Source of the DNA: Raillietiella orientalis
Lineage: Eukaryota
Direction: 5' to 3'
Length of the DNA: 64,000 bases
Assembly: GCA_036172245.1 (NCBI GenBank)
Contig: JAYWIR010000004.1
Span: forward strand, 6,448,001 to 6,512,000
The notes beneath the pieces were generated by a model. The model had not been told where the DNA came from. It worked only from the letters and a program-made list of their open reading frames with translations, and did not search any database. A program made the position numbers and the translations under genes. This document shows, in pieces, positions 37,340 to 49,839 of the stretch (within the stretch, counting starts at the first letter, position 1; each line of letters begins with the position of its first letter).

Positions 37340-37900
37340 TCCCAACGCCGATGTCAGAAGTCACCCGTTCATGCAGAGGGGGCAGATCTCCCTCCCCGCG
37401 TTTCTCGCTGCCACAGGGATCCCATCAGCCCTTCCCGGAGCGGAGTCCGAAACGGAATACTGGGAGCTAGCACCCCGCTGCTGGTTGTCGCGCCTCCCGG
37501 GAATTAGCCATACGCGGAGTCCTCGGAGACCCGGTCACGTGTCCCCGAGGCCACGAATTTGAGGCGCCGGTGACCACAATGGGAGCCGGAAGAATTCCGC
37601 GTTCTTGAGGGCGGTCGCTGTTTATGGCCGCTTGGTCACGAGGAGAAGGGGTGGGTGGCGCGCAGCCGGCGGGTCTGCTTCGAGTGGGACTGCCGGGACG
37701 GCCTCCTGGCTCACCCGACCACTCCCTTCCTCTGACTTTCGGTTCCCGGGGGTTCTTGAGGGAGCAGCGCGGGAAAACCTTCTCAAACTCTTTTCCAAGC
37801 CCTGGATGTCTCGGCCGCCTAGGAAGATGCCACAGCTTCCGGGAAGACCAAACCCTTTCCCTGCTTGCGGTTTCTCCCTGGAGGCGCTTTCGTAACCGAG
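37340..37900 (+). pseudogene. BTB-BACK remnant
   Basis: NADVRSHPFMQRGQISLPAFLAATG...GAESETEYWEL; FLRAVAVYG; FRFPGVLEGAARENLLKLFS. Confidence 0.5.
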
Positions 37901-39899
37901 GGAGACCCCGAGCTCCGATGGAGAGCCCTCCGCCAGAGCGTTTCCAAGGCTTCTCTCGGGATTCTGAGTCTCCTCTGAGCCAAGAGTTTCCAGAAGGTTC
38001 GTTACGACGATGTTATCCGGCGTTTCTCATCGGGACTGCAGCTTCCCTCGCTTCCCGTCACGCTGTTCAGGAGAGAATCTCCCCCTCCTCTCCTCCTCCT
38101 CCTCCTTATGCGTGCTTCAACGGTTGCATGCATCGAGGGGGAAGGGGGAGGGGGTTGGGAAGGGTTTCCCTCGTCGTGCCATCGCCTAGGAGATGCTGTT
38201 CGCTTGTAAGCGTGGAACTCGTCTCCGTTTCCCCTGTTAGGCGGAGTTCCCCCCCCCCCTTTTTTTCCTCTTCCAACCCTGCTCCTCTGCTGCCCCTGAA
38301 GATCTGCAGCATCCTTTGCGGGCTCCCTTATGATGGCGGTTTTCTCTCGATGATTGCCGAAGAGCGGACAGCTGGTCCGTTGTCGCGCGCGCACGCGGCA
38401 CCCCAATCCGCCCGGTCATCCCGAGGCGGCGGCGGCGGCGCTCGAAGAAAGCCTGGAATGCTTTCTCCTACCCTACCCTTCTCCTCCGCTCTTCCGGCAG
38501 CGCGGGACGAGGTTTCTGCGGAAGAATCTCCACGACGCTATCGCGAGGGGGCGCATCATCGCCCCTCAGCCGCCGCGGTCTTTACGACCCTCTCGTTAGG
38601 ACGATTGCTTTACGGCTCCAGAACGAAGCTGATGCTGATTTAATCGATGCGCGCGAGGCAACACGTCCGCGGAGGAGAGGGAGGGAGGGGGAGCGCGCGC
38701 GTCCGCGCGGGAGCGAACGCCGGGAGGGGCGTCACCCGTCCGCAGCGGACTCGGAGACGCGCTCGGTTCCCGCACCCGGGACTGCCGGCTTACCGCGTCC
38801 GCTTCGACTCGGGGGATCACACGCGAGGACGAGACCTCGGCCGCCTCCGCTCCCACCGAAGAGGAAGAGACTCCTTTCCCGGCGAGCCGTCCCCTCCCCC
38901 CGAGGGGATGAAACCTGGACGTCAAGCGGGAGGCTGCAGGACTCCGGAAGGGGAGCCCGCAAGCGCCCGAGGGAGTCACCCTCGAACTCACGAGCTCCCG
39001 AACCGGACGGCTGCCCTCTCCCCGCACTCCCTCCTTTCCTTTCCCCCCATCCGAAGGGCAGTCTCATGGGCAGATGGGCGCGTAGAGCAGCGCGGTACCA
39101 GAAGGCCAGCACGGTGACCCTCACCGGAGAGCCGCTTCCAAATCCGCCATCACGCTCCAGGGGCCGTGTATCTTCCCATCGGGTCCGGAATTTCTCATTC
39201 GCGTCACCCAAAGAGCAAATCGTCTCTGGGATGTCAACTGAGGGGGGCGCAGCTTGGGAAAGCTGAAGGCTTTCTCCAGCCCACCCACTCCCGAGGGACA
39301 GGACCAGTCACTCCGTGCTTCTCACCGGCCTTCGCTTTTCCCGTCCCATCAGCAGCTCCGAAGGTCCTGCCGAGCGTTGCAGAGGAAGCGACAGCTCACC
39401 CGTTCCTCAGCAACGGGAGGGAGCGGGGATAGAAGAGGGAGAGTCTGCCGCTGCTCCCGAGAAGCGCACGGCTAGACTTCCCGCCCTCAACAGTCTTTCC
39501 GTTCCCCGTGGGCTCCTCGACCCAAAAGCTCTTCCCCCCCCCTTCCCCCCACTCCCCGTTCTCTCGTGGGATTTCAAGCCAGGGAAGCTTTGGCCACGGT
39601 GCACCACCTCCGTCCCTCCTCCTAAGGGATTCCCCCAAACTGCCCTCGGTTCGGCCCCCGCTCTCCCGAGACTCGACGAACGACCTCCGCGGACCTCCCT
39701 GTTGGGATGGTGCGCGCTCAGGGAGGTCCGCAGCGAGCGCGTCCCGGAAGGTCGCCACGGCGCCGAGTGCCGCTTCTGCCTCATCGGCGGCTCTCCGATT
39801 TCGTCCCCGGCGGCACGCCCGCCGGCGCACCCCGGCGGCGACGACGCGGCGGCTCCTTTCCTTTGGAAACTGCGAGTCGCAGGCGAGTCCTCCCCGTTT

Positions 39900-40460
39900 C
39901 TTCTCCCCCTCCCCGCTCGCGATCGTGACCCCCCTTCCGTTCCTTCTTCCTCCCCGCGCTCCTCCTTGCTGAAGCCGCCTCCAAAGGGGGAGGGAGCCGC
40001 CGATGCGACTCCGCTCCTCCTCCAGACGGGCGGAGTAGCAGTCCGGCGCCACTCTGGGAGGTGCCAAACCGCCGGGAAGTATCCCTCCCGTTCGCTCCCA
40101 GAACTCCGGAGCAAAAGGTTCCACGACCTCGGGTGCTCCCTCTCGTTCGCTCACAGCACTCCCTCTGCAGATCCCGCGCCTCTCGAGGGCTTCTTCCAGA
40201 GGGAAGAGACCCTTGAACCTCCTCCATCGCCCCTGTGAAGCCGCGCTGGCTATCCCGTTTAACGAACCCTGATGGGGAACGCTCCCGCCCTCTCCTCCAC
40301 GGCTGTGCGCCGCGCCTCGGTCCCACAGAGCAGGCCGGAAAAACTCCCTACTCTCGAAATGGTCCACAACGCCAAGACGGCGGTGCTCAATCCTCGGGTA
40401 TCCCGCGACGATGCGAGCTGGGGTCTCGGAGAATGGCGAAAGGGTCACGCCTTGAGGCAC
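39900..40460 (-). pseudogene. Weak ORF3 leader/BTB remnant
   Basis: GYPRIEHRR...RPALWDRG leader motif, then LERRGIC. Confidence 0.3.
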
Positions 40461-40499
40461 GTTGGGATGAATTATCCTTCCTTCCCCGAAGCCTCACGC

Positions 40500-43400
40500 G
40501 TTGGGAGGGTAAGAAAAGGGCGCACAGCCCCCGTACGAGATGACCAGGAAAAGAAGGAACAGATGGGCTCCTGTGTCCCGCTTTTCGGGGCCGCGACTCC
40601 CTCCCTCTTGACCCCTGAAAGTGGTCAAGAGGTCACGCGCGGAGGCTCTGAGCGGAGTGGTGTTTGGGGGATTCAGCGCTCGTGTCCTCGGCAACGTGCC
40701 CCCTCCCACCGCGGGGAGGGCAACAGCTCCCCAGGAAGAGGAGACCCCGCTTTCCGGCTTTGCTCCTCCGATGCCCTTGCGCCCAAGGGGGGTTCCAGGG
40801 GATGTCGGAGACTTCCCTTTCCGCCGTTCCGGAACTGTGCCCTCCAGGGCGTCCCTCCCGCCCCTGTGTGGCGGCTGCAAGGGGTCCGGATGCGCGCGCG
40901 CGCGCGCGATCGGTGTAGCTCCCACGGACGGGGGAGGGGGGGAATTCCCTCAGGACGCCGGAGTCGGGGACGCGCGGGGCCCCTCGCTCAGTGGCCCGCG
41001 GCGGCGATTTGGGGAAGGGGAAAAGACGAGTCCGCCTCAGGGGCACAGAGCGGGAGCGATGGAGGGAAGGGCGGAGGGAGTGGAAGGGCGTAACAGGGTG
41101 GGGGCGGGGAGGGACGGATCCCCCTCCCTCCTTCTCCCCAGCCGCCCCTCTTCCGCGAAAGGGGGAAGGCGGGTCAGCTCGCCGCCGGAGAGAGCGGTGA
41201 GAGAAGGGGAAAGAGATCGTCTTGCGGACATCCCCAGGTATACTCCTTCTTCCCGAGGGGGCTTCCCCTGATCACTCTCCCTCCCCTCCCCCCGAATGCG
41301 GAAGGAGAGGCGGAGAGGGTGGCTGCGCGCCCACCCCTTAATCAGTGGGTTCGGTCGGCTGCCGGCAGACGAGGGGCGGACGGGACGGATCGATCGATCA
41401 CGCGCGCGAGCCGGTGAGAGCGCGTTCGCGCACGCGTGCGCGCGTTCCGCCGGGTCTGCCTTCTTCTCTCCCCCCCCCCCCCTTTCCCTCACTCCGGGAT
41501 CCTTGTGGGAAGGGAGCATGGTCTGCGGCCCGAGACCCTCCCCTGCACTCCTCCGCCACCGCCACCGCGGGAGATGCACGCACGAGCTCCGTTCCTCCCG
41601 GTGGCAGAGCAAAGGGGTGGGGGTGGGGAGAAGAGGAAAGGAGCGAAAAAAGGGTGGCACGGGGGGTGCGAGGAGGCAGGGGCGCGGTCCCTTGGCGAGA
41701 TTCGGCTGCGGCGGCGGCTGACGGGCGTTTGCGCGTGCGCGAACCGGGTCAGCGGCTCGGAGAGACGCGGCTATTCGCGGCGGCGGCGGCGCCCGAGGCG
41801 GCGAGCGCGGGGAGGCGGGGAAGGAGAGGCGCGTCCTTCCTCGGGAGGAGAGGAGCGACGACGACACACGCTGTGCCTGCTATGCGCCGCGCGCACGCCG
41901 TTCGCCGCGCAAAGTCGGTTCGCATGCTGCGCTCGTAGGGGCCACGCCGAGCCACTCCTCCTCCTCCCGCTCTCCCCGAACCCAGAGGACGACCGAGGCC
42001 CCTCCCCTTCCCCCCTTCTCCTCCTCTTCCTCCTCACTCTCACCCGCGAAGGAAGAAGACCCTTCCCTTACCCTCCCCCGCTCGGATTCCTGAGCTGTCG
42101 CGCCACACAAGAGGACGATCTCCGAAGAAGACCCGGGGAAATCGTGTGCCTGCGGTGACGGAGGCGGCAGTTGCCATGGTGAGTCCCGGGGCCCTCCCCT
42201 GCTTTTTTTTTTCTTTTCTTTCTTTCTCTCTTGCAAAGGGGAAACAGGCAAGCGAGCGGAGGGGGCGAGAATTCTTGGACCGCCGTGCGACGTCGCTTCT
42301 GTCCCCTCCGGGGAAAGCAGGGAACGGTGCGAAATCCTTGCTCGGCCAGCCTCTACCTACCACTAACCCCTCCTCCCTTTTTTTCTTTTTTCCTTTCCGC
42401 CACTTTTTGCGCCCGCTGTCGCTCTCGGAGACCCCCGTGCGGCACGTGTGCCTCCTTCCTCGCCAGAGTTCCCGGGAGGGCCACGAGAGTCTTCGGGGAG
42501 TTGTCACGGGTTCTTTCGGGAGGGATAGCCTCCCTTCGGAAGACACCCCCACCCCGCTCTCCCCGCGCCCGGAGCCTCTCTTCCTGGATCGCCTTTCCTC
42601 GCGGGGGAAGGCGGCAGGAGCCGACGAAGGGGCAAGGGGAGGGAGGACCGGCTCCGTTCCTCCCGCGCCCTTCACGGATCGGTCGCCGGATCGCCGTGCC
42701 CCGTTTCGGGCCGACTCCTCCGGCATGACGCGATAGCGGCTTCGAGGAACCAGCTCAACCGCCACGGTGGCGGCGGCGGCAACCGATGCTGGCGACTGCG
42801 AGGGGGGAGGAGGCGATGACCCCGGAGATCGACGGATGGGTGGCCCTCTGGCACCTCAGGACGGAGGAAGCGAGCGAGGCAAACCCAGGAGGAGAGACTC
42901 GCGGGTTCCCTTCCCACGGCGAAACGCGTCGTCGTCGTCCGCCCACCCCGGTAGTCATGGAGACATACGTTGTTCCCCCCCCCCCTCCTCTTCGGGTTTC
43001 GCTCCTGCAGCTCTCCTCCTCCCCTGCCCTCTCGCGGCAAAGAGAGCGATCCATCACGGGTCCTCCCAGCGGGACGGCCCGCTCCTTGCCCCCGGGGAAT
43101 TCGCACGCGTCCATAAATAAAACCCGGACGTCCGCGAGCGCCTGCCCGATGGGACCGCGGCTCTCCTGCTTCCGCCGGCCCCCACCCCTGGAGAGCTGCG
43201 TGAGGACCGGTGGGCAGAAATCCCTCCGCCTCGAGCCGACTAGGACTGTTTCCTCGGATGCTCCCGATAAATTACCCGTCCGCGCGCGCGCCCGAGGGAT
43301 GCTGTGGGATGGAAAGCGGCCGCCACCCCCTCACGCGCCCGGCCGCCTGCAGCAAGCGGCCAGGCGCATCTCACCGGCGCTTTCTCACCGCCCCTCTTTG

Positions 43401-45450
43401 CCCCCGGCTCTCGCCGCCTACGGGTGCAAGGCTGCGTTTTCCCTCCCCGCTCGGGGCTGCGACGCCCCCCTCCTCCCCCTCCTCTCCCCTCCTTCCGTCG
43501 AACGTCCCCGAGACCCGCTCCGGTCTTCCGGGTCGTCGCCGCGTGGGAGGCGGACGGCAGTGGCGGAGGGAGCTGCGCGCGAGTCCTCCGGCAGCGATCC
43601 CCCCACCCGAGCAGGACGCCGGTCTCGAAAGGCGCAGCGCGGAGGGCGAATCCCCGGGGGCGGTGAATCCGTGGTGCCCTGCACGAACGAGAGAGGCCTC
43701 GGGAGGGGGCTCTCCCCGTCCTCCGTCGCCTCCCGGACGTGAGGCTGCGCTTTTCCTCCCCTCTCAGGGCTGCGCCGCCCTGCGCGCCTTCGGGCTCTTA
43801 GCCGGGGGGCAGGTCACGTTCCTTCCCTTTGTTTGCCTCCGAGCGCCCCCTTTCTTTCCAGGACCGCCCGCGCCTCCCTGATGCGGAGCGGGGGCTACCG
43901 GCCCGCTCCGCGCGGAAGAGGGCGGGTGGCGCGGTGAGCGGAGGGAGGCGGCGCGGCCCTCCTCCCATGCGGAAGCTGCCCTGGGGCCTGCAGTGTGGAG
44001 TAGGCGGTCAGCTCTCCTCGACGGGAAAGGAAGGGAAATCCCCTTGGAAGGGGAGGGAACCCGTCCCCCTCCAAGCGGGAACTCTGGGCCCGGAACCGCA
44101 CGCGTTCCGTCGGGGAGGGAAGGGGAGACGCTCCCTTCCTCTTCGCGCACACCCTCTCCGCCGCCTCGCCGGGGCGCAGCTGCTGTTGCCCAATCCGGGA
44201 GCAGCTGGGTCTGCGGGAGCGCGCGCGTCGCCCGGGGCGCAGTCGCCGCGCGGAACGGTCGCCTTCTTTCCCGCTCCCCTCGCGGCCTGCTCGGGCGGCC
44301 GCGCGGAGGGGAAGCAGAACGACGTCTCTCCCTCGCGGGCCTTCCGGCGGATCGGCTCCCTCGGGCACGCAGCAGGAGGAGGAGGAACACTCTGTCGGTC
44401 CCGCTCCTTCCTCTTTTCTCTCTTTTTTCCCTCCTCCCGAGCCCATTCTTCCTACGTGCGCTTTCCTGCCTTCCGTTTCCATAGTTCCTCCGGGGCGATC
44501 TGCGCCTCGCAGCACGAGGCCTGCGGATCCTCCAGATAAGAATGACATTCTTTCTCCCTTTGTCAACAGCCCCTGGAAGGGGAAAGGGTAGCAGCAGCAG
44601 CAGTGGCGGCGGCGGGCCTTTCGCGCCCGTCGCCGCGCCGTCCCAGGTGTTGCCGTCGGGAAGACAAAAAAAAAGAAAAGAAAAGAAAAGGAAGAGGTGG
44701 GGAAAGGAGGGAGAGGTCAGTTTCCGGATGCTCCCGGGATAACGGGACCAAGGAGAAGGGTCAGAGGTGCCCCCGGAGGCGTGGGGAGGGGGGGCAACTT
44801 TCGGACCGAAAGCGCCTCAGGCGTCCGTGCTGAACGCTTCCGTTCGTCGGACGCCTCGCCAACGTTCCGGGAGCAGAGGGTGTCCCTCCTTCGGTTCCTC
44901 GCGGGACCCCTGGAAGATATCGGCGCCCATCGTCCTCATCTGGAGCTCCTCCGTGACCCACCCCCCGCAGGGGGCAGTGGCAAAAGGAGGAGATCCAGCG
45001 AGAGAAGGCCCCTCGTGCTCAGTCGTCGGCAGGATCCGCTTGGACTTTCGCAAGAGAGGAACGGCGATTCTCGGTCTCGAGAAAATTTCCCTCCTCGTCC
45101 CTTCCCGACCGGCACGGTACCCCTCTCTGAGCCCCGGAGTCCCTGAACCCGCGCAAGCATGTGCGGGCGTCCCCTGACTGCGGATGACTGCAGAGGGAGA
45201 GGGAAGAGGGAGAGACGCGCGCGACCCCCCGCTCAGAGATTGCAGGACTTCCGGGATGAGGGGAAAAGGGGTCTTTTGGCACGAGCTCCCGCGACTCTTC
45301 CAAAAGCGTAAATTCGACCTTGGCCTCCGAGGCGCGAAAGCACGCAGGTCGGAAGTCCGCTGGAATCACTTTCCGTCCCTCCCACCACCCTGATCAGGCT
45401 CCTCTTTTGCGGGGGAGCAGGGAAGAGGGGTAAGAAGACGCGCGTAGATC
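40500..45450. promoter_or_regulatory. Very GC/CpG-rich low-complexity block upstream of four-jointed (CpG-island-like)
   Basis: Dense CG, GCG and GGA/CCT runs; long ORFs on all frames are only Arg/Pro/Gly/Ser composition; (GC)n run at 40892-40908. Confidence 0.5.
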
Positions 45451-48303
45451 ACTCCCGGAGCAGAGAAGCGCTAATCTGCATCCGGCTACTTTCGGAGGCC
45501 GCTAAGTGATCCGGGGGTTGCCATTCACGCTGACTGCATGAAGCCCACAACCGTCTGGCATTTTTCGCCCAAAGTAGACATCGATTTATCACCCTCTTCT
45601 GCTACACGACACCGTGATCTTATCTCCGGAAGATTTATGCGATGTTGATGTAACCAAGATGCATCGCATCCTGTTGTTACTCATTCGGATTGAATACGGA
45701 ATAAGCTTTGCGACTTCTGACGTCACCTCTAAAACGGCGCTCTGTTGTTGTTTCCGTTTTTTCCTCTCTCGCGTTCCTTTTCTCTTCTCCTTTTTGCTTG
45801 CTTTCTTTTTCTTTTCTTTTCTTTTTTTTTTGGAAAAGGGGGGAGGAGCCCCCAAAATCCGGATTCTTCGTCCGCTTTTTTCTTTTTTTGCTCTCCGTGA
45901 TCTGCGGGGACCGGGAATGGACCGCCTCATAATTCATTCACCCAAGTAACACTCCTTGATTTAATTACCGTTAAGGAAAGTTCTTTTGAGATCACACTAA
46001 TCATTGTTAGATGATGCATCCCCTGGATATTATTTTTTTTTTTTTCGTACAATTTATCATCTCGCAGACCCTGACAGAGAAGAAACCCGCGCGCGAGCAC
46101 ACACGGTTTGTTTTCAGGCCCTCTATGAATAACTTTCATCCCAAGAGCTGCGCTCATCAACATCGAATTGGAGCTTCCGACATATCACGCAACGTCGTCA
46201 AGGCACGAAGAACGTTGCGAGAACCGGGATCGGGAAAGACCGAAAGAGAACGGAAGGAGTGCGTGCGTTCTGAGCGACCGGTGTCGTCCAGATTCTGCTT
46301 CCGTCTTTGTTGTTGTCGGTGCCGTTTTTTGGATGCCTCCCTCGGAAGTCGCGGGAAAGTTGATGAGGCCCACGCACAGTAGCATCCCGGTGCGGGGGGA
46401 ACCACTTTCGATCCTCGTGATACTTTTCATTACTTCCGTTGCCCCGGTGACTCCCAGCACTCACTCCTCGTCCAGATTGCTTGCGACTTGGGAGGGAGAG
46501 CACGTGCCCGCTGCCACATCCGCCTTCGCAAGGGAGGAACGACTTTCAGTGTCGCGGCTCACACGCAGTCCGGTCTCTACCTGCTTCTCACGTGGTACCG
46601 CACGCCTTCGGACGAGTGTTGTTGCGAAAGACGTGGAACCTCGGATTTGAGGTTCGCGCGCAATCGCCATCGAGCCTCCCTCCTCCTCCGGATCCCCTCC
46701 CCCGCGCAGGTTATTGGGAGGTGACCGAGCGGTACACTCGTACGGCCGTGATCCGGCCGTTTCCCGCAGCGCGTGAGCAGCTCGCACGAAGACTCGTGAA
46801 ATCGCACGGACGCGAAAGCCCAAAGCAAAGCGTTCGGGCCAGCCCTATATCTCTTTCTCTTCCAGTGCAGCTTCAGATGCGGTCTCGTCGCAGAGACATG
46901 GATCGGGAAACCCGTTGGAATCCAAATTAAAGATATCGAAAAAAAATACAGAATAAAAATAAGAAACTCTTTGCATTTCTTATTTTTTTTTAAGCATTCC
47001 GATCTTACGATGGCAAACTACCATGTGGAACGAAAAAATTTCCAACAATGGGTGCGCGTGGGGGCTCCGATTGTTGGAGGCAAAACGACAGTAGGGATAA
47101 AATGTTTCAAACTTCCAACAATTAATGCACAGTATGGATGCACGACAATCGATTGTTGAAAGTGAAAAATCGTACACGGTGGGGAATTCGCTTGATTTCT
47201 TCGAAAGTGAAGGAAACGTGCAGATGCGTGAGGACTTTTTTTTCCTATTGTTTTTGCTCTTTTCCAACCGAATCTTTCGGCTGTCGGAAGTTTTATCTTT
47301 AATTTTTGAGGGGTGGAGGAGACTAAATGCTGTTACCGCCTCGCCTTCCCATGTCCCTTCCGGAAAGCTCTTTCCCTGCTGAGTTTAATCGTTTTAAAGA
47401 TTTGGACAAATTAAATGGCGGGCAAGAACATGGACGCGTGGGCTTGATTTTCGGGAGTTCCCTTCTTTTACCCCGGAATTTCCTGATGATATGACGTGTG
47501 GTGAGGTACGTTGAGCTGAAACCACGATGTGAGGAAAGGATACGGCACGTTGCTGCCTTGTATGCAAGTAGAAGGAAAAGCTGAGGTTCCCGTGTTCGCT
47601 TGTAAAAGAGGAAGGACTTGGACGTTGCAAGGCAGGTCTGACTGTTTTTGAGACGGGAGGAGAAGGGGGCACGCGTTTGTTCATTCCACGGATTCCAGCA
47701 CTGGTTCTCGGATCTCGCTAATGTACTTAAAAAAGGAGCAAGTGATTGAAAGCAGCTTCCCTCTTAATTTGAAGCTCCTTCACTCCTTCCGGTGTCCTCG
47801 GTGGCGGTAACTTAGTGACAAAGAGTAGCCTTCCTTGGAAGCAACGAAATGCCAGTTCATTCCTGAAGGATCTTCGAGAGAAAACGCGGAGTCAGGGAGG
47901 ACGGGAAAGCCACCTCCTGCTCCTCTAATTCATTTCCTGAGCGCGAAGTCCGCGTGTGGTCGTTTCTTCTTTTGTGGGCCGTTCCATTTGTCCGCAGCGT
48001 GACGTCACGGAGGTTTAGGGGGGAGCACGCTAAACCTCTGCTCACTCGAAAGCCTTTTCACTAGTTTTTTCCTTCTCTTTCTCTCTCCCTCTCTTCTTCT
48101 TCTTTTTGTGTTTTTCAGGTCCTTCCGAGAGCTTCCCAAAGAAATACGTATATCATGTCGGAGGCGAACTGGAGGGAATCCTGAAAACGTCGCGAATGAA
48201 TTCAAAAGAGCGGGCACGTTTCCCGGTACTTCGGCGAATAGAATGGACGCATCCTCCCTCCTGCTGACACGATAAAAGACGAGTGGGTGTGGCGTTCAAG
48301 TGA

Positions 48304-48336
48304 CATTTAAATGATGCGGCCGGAGCTCGGTTAGTG
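48304..48336 (+). promoter_or_regulatory. Candidate core promoter of four-jointed (TATA-like + Inr-like)
   Basis: CATTTAAAT at 48304-48312 and TTAGTG at 48331-48336, ~27 bp apart and ~100 nt before the ATG. Confidence 0.4.
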
Positions 48337-48432
48337 CGGGTCTGACAGCGGTGCCGGCGAAACATGGAAGTTCGCATCCTGCGGATGCGCAGTTTTCGTG
48401 GCAACAGCTGAAGTGAGAACGGACGGTCCCCC

Positions 48433-49839
48433 ATGGGAAGCTGCAAGTCGCATCCTTTTCCTTCGTCCGTCACTGCCTGCCGGACTCATAGGCACTCCAG
48501 GGCGTCCGACCTGCTGGCCGCGTGCGTGTTGTGTGCTTTCGTGTTTGGTGTGACCATCGGCCTGCTCATCCCTTTTCACGTCATATCCTCCCCGGTCTCC
48601 GCCCCTTTGAACCGCTCGTGTGGCGTGGCCATCGTTGCGGACTACCCCTCCGAAGTAAGGCGGGATCCGGAAGACATGATCTCTCCCAGCTCCCTTTTCC
48701 CGCCTGCTCGTCTCGGAGCGAACTTGCAGGTAGAGGTGGAAAGTACCTCGCGTTTCCCAGCGGAAAGCCGCCTTCCTCCGGGAACGGTCCAAGAGAACAG
48801 GACGTGGGCGCAACTCACCGAACCGTCCTGGAAGCGCCTTCTCTTTCCCTCCCCTCCCAAGAGAGGACTGGCACCTTCCGGCAGGATCGTCACAGGAGTG
48901 TACTGGAGCGACGAGATGGAGAGAGAACTTCCCGAGGGATTCGGTTCCCGGGAGGACGAAGAGTGGAGGAAGGTGTGTCGCCAGTCGGTGGTGGTGAAGA
49001 TGGAAGAGAGCTGCGGTAGGAAGCACAACCGCATGCTGACCTTCGAGAGTGGCCTTCGATCTTGCTGCCGCTACCGGCAGAACCAGGATCAGATCCAAGG
49101 AGAAATCCTGAGTTTCCATCTGGGGCGCATCCTGGGGATAAGGAACGTGATCCCGTCGACGCTGTCTGTGGTCGACTCCAGGTCCTGGCGGTGGAACTCT
49201 GTGAGGTCCCACCTGAACCTGGCCCAGTGGGAGGAAGGGCGCCCCATAGTGCTGAGCAAGTTCCTGGACAGACTCTCTCCCGCCCACATCCCCGAACCCT
49301 TCCGTTCCCCGAGTAGGCGCCTCCACCCCACTGACATACCGCTGCTCAACCTGACGATGGAGCGTGACCGAGACAGGCTGGTCGAGCTCGTGCAGTGGTC
49401 CGACCTTATCGTCTTTGACTACCTCACCGCCAATCTGGATCGGGTGGTGAACAACATGTACAACCTCCAGTGGAACCCCACCATGATGGAGGCGCCCGCC
49501 CATAACCTCGGCAAGCTGGGAGACACGGGGCTGCTGGTATTCTTCGACAACGAGAGCGGTCTGCTTCATGGGTACAGGCTCCTGGGCAAGTACGAGCCCT
49601 ACCACCGGGCCTTGTTGGACTCTCTGTGCATCTTCCGGAAGAAGACGGCTGACGCAGTTAAGAAGCTTCACGCGAGCGGCATCATCGGCGACCTGATGGA
49701 GAAAGCCTCTGCCCACGGAGAAGGAGCAACCCTTCAGGGCTTCGCCCGCCTTCCTCACAAGAACGTGAAGATTCTGAATTCTCGCCTGGAAACTATTTAC
49801 AAGAGGATTAAGTACTGCGAGTCCTTGTACTCTTCGTGA
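48433..49839 (+). CDS. fj: Four-jointed, Golgi/extracellular Ser/Thr kinase (FJX1 family), 468 aa, single coding exon
   Basis: N-terminal type II TM (LLAACVLCAFVFGVTIGLLIPF); CGRKHNRMLTF; QIQGEILSFHLGRILGI; QWSDLIVFDYLTANLDRVVNN; catalytic FFDNESGLLHGYRLL; intact ORF. Confidence 0.97.
   Translation: MGSCKSHPFPSSVTACRTHRHSRASDLLAACVLCAFVFGVTIGLLIPFHVISSPVSAPLNRSCGVAIVADYPSEVRRDPEDMISPSSLFPPARLGANLQVEVESTSRFPAESRLPPGTVQENRTWAQLTEPSWKRLLFPSPPKRGLAPSGRIVTGVYWSDEMERELPEGFGSREDEEWRKVCRQSVVVKMEESCGRKHNRMLTFESGLRSCCRYRQNQDQIQGEILSFHLGRILGIRNVIPSTLSVVDSRSWRWNSVRSHLNLAQWEEGRPIVLSKFLDRLSPAHIPEPFRSPSRRLHPTDIPLLNLTMERDRDRLVELVQWSDLIVFDYLTANLDRVVNNMYNLQWNPTMMEAPAHNLGKLGDTGLLVFFDNESGLLHGYRLLGKYEPYHRALLDSLCIFRKKTADAVKKLHASGIIGDLMEKASAHGEGATLQGFARLPHKNVKILNSRLETIYKRIKYCESLYSS

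Noticed and set aside
37624..45400. Many long overlapping ORFs (200-350 aa)
   Set aside because: Arg/Pro/Gly/Ser low-complexity products of high GC on all six frames; no coherent protein signal.
48331..49758. 475-aa antisense ORF over four-jointed
   Set aside because: Mirror frame of a GC3-rich CDS with no domain motifs; shadow ORF.
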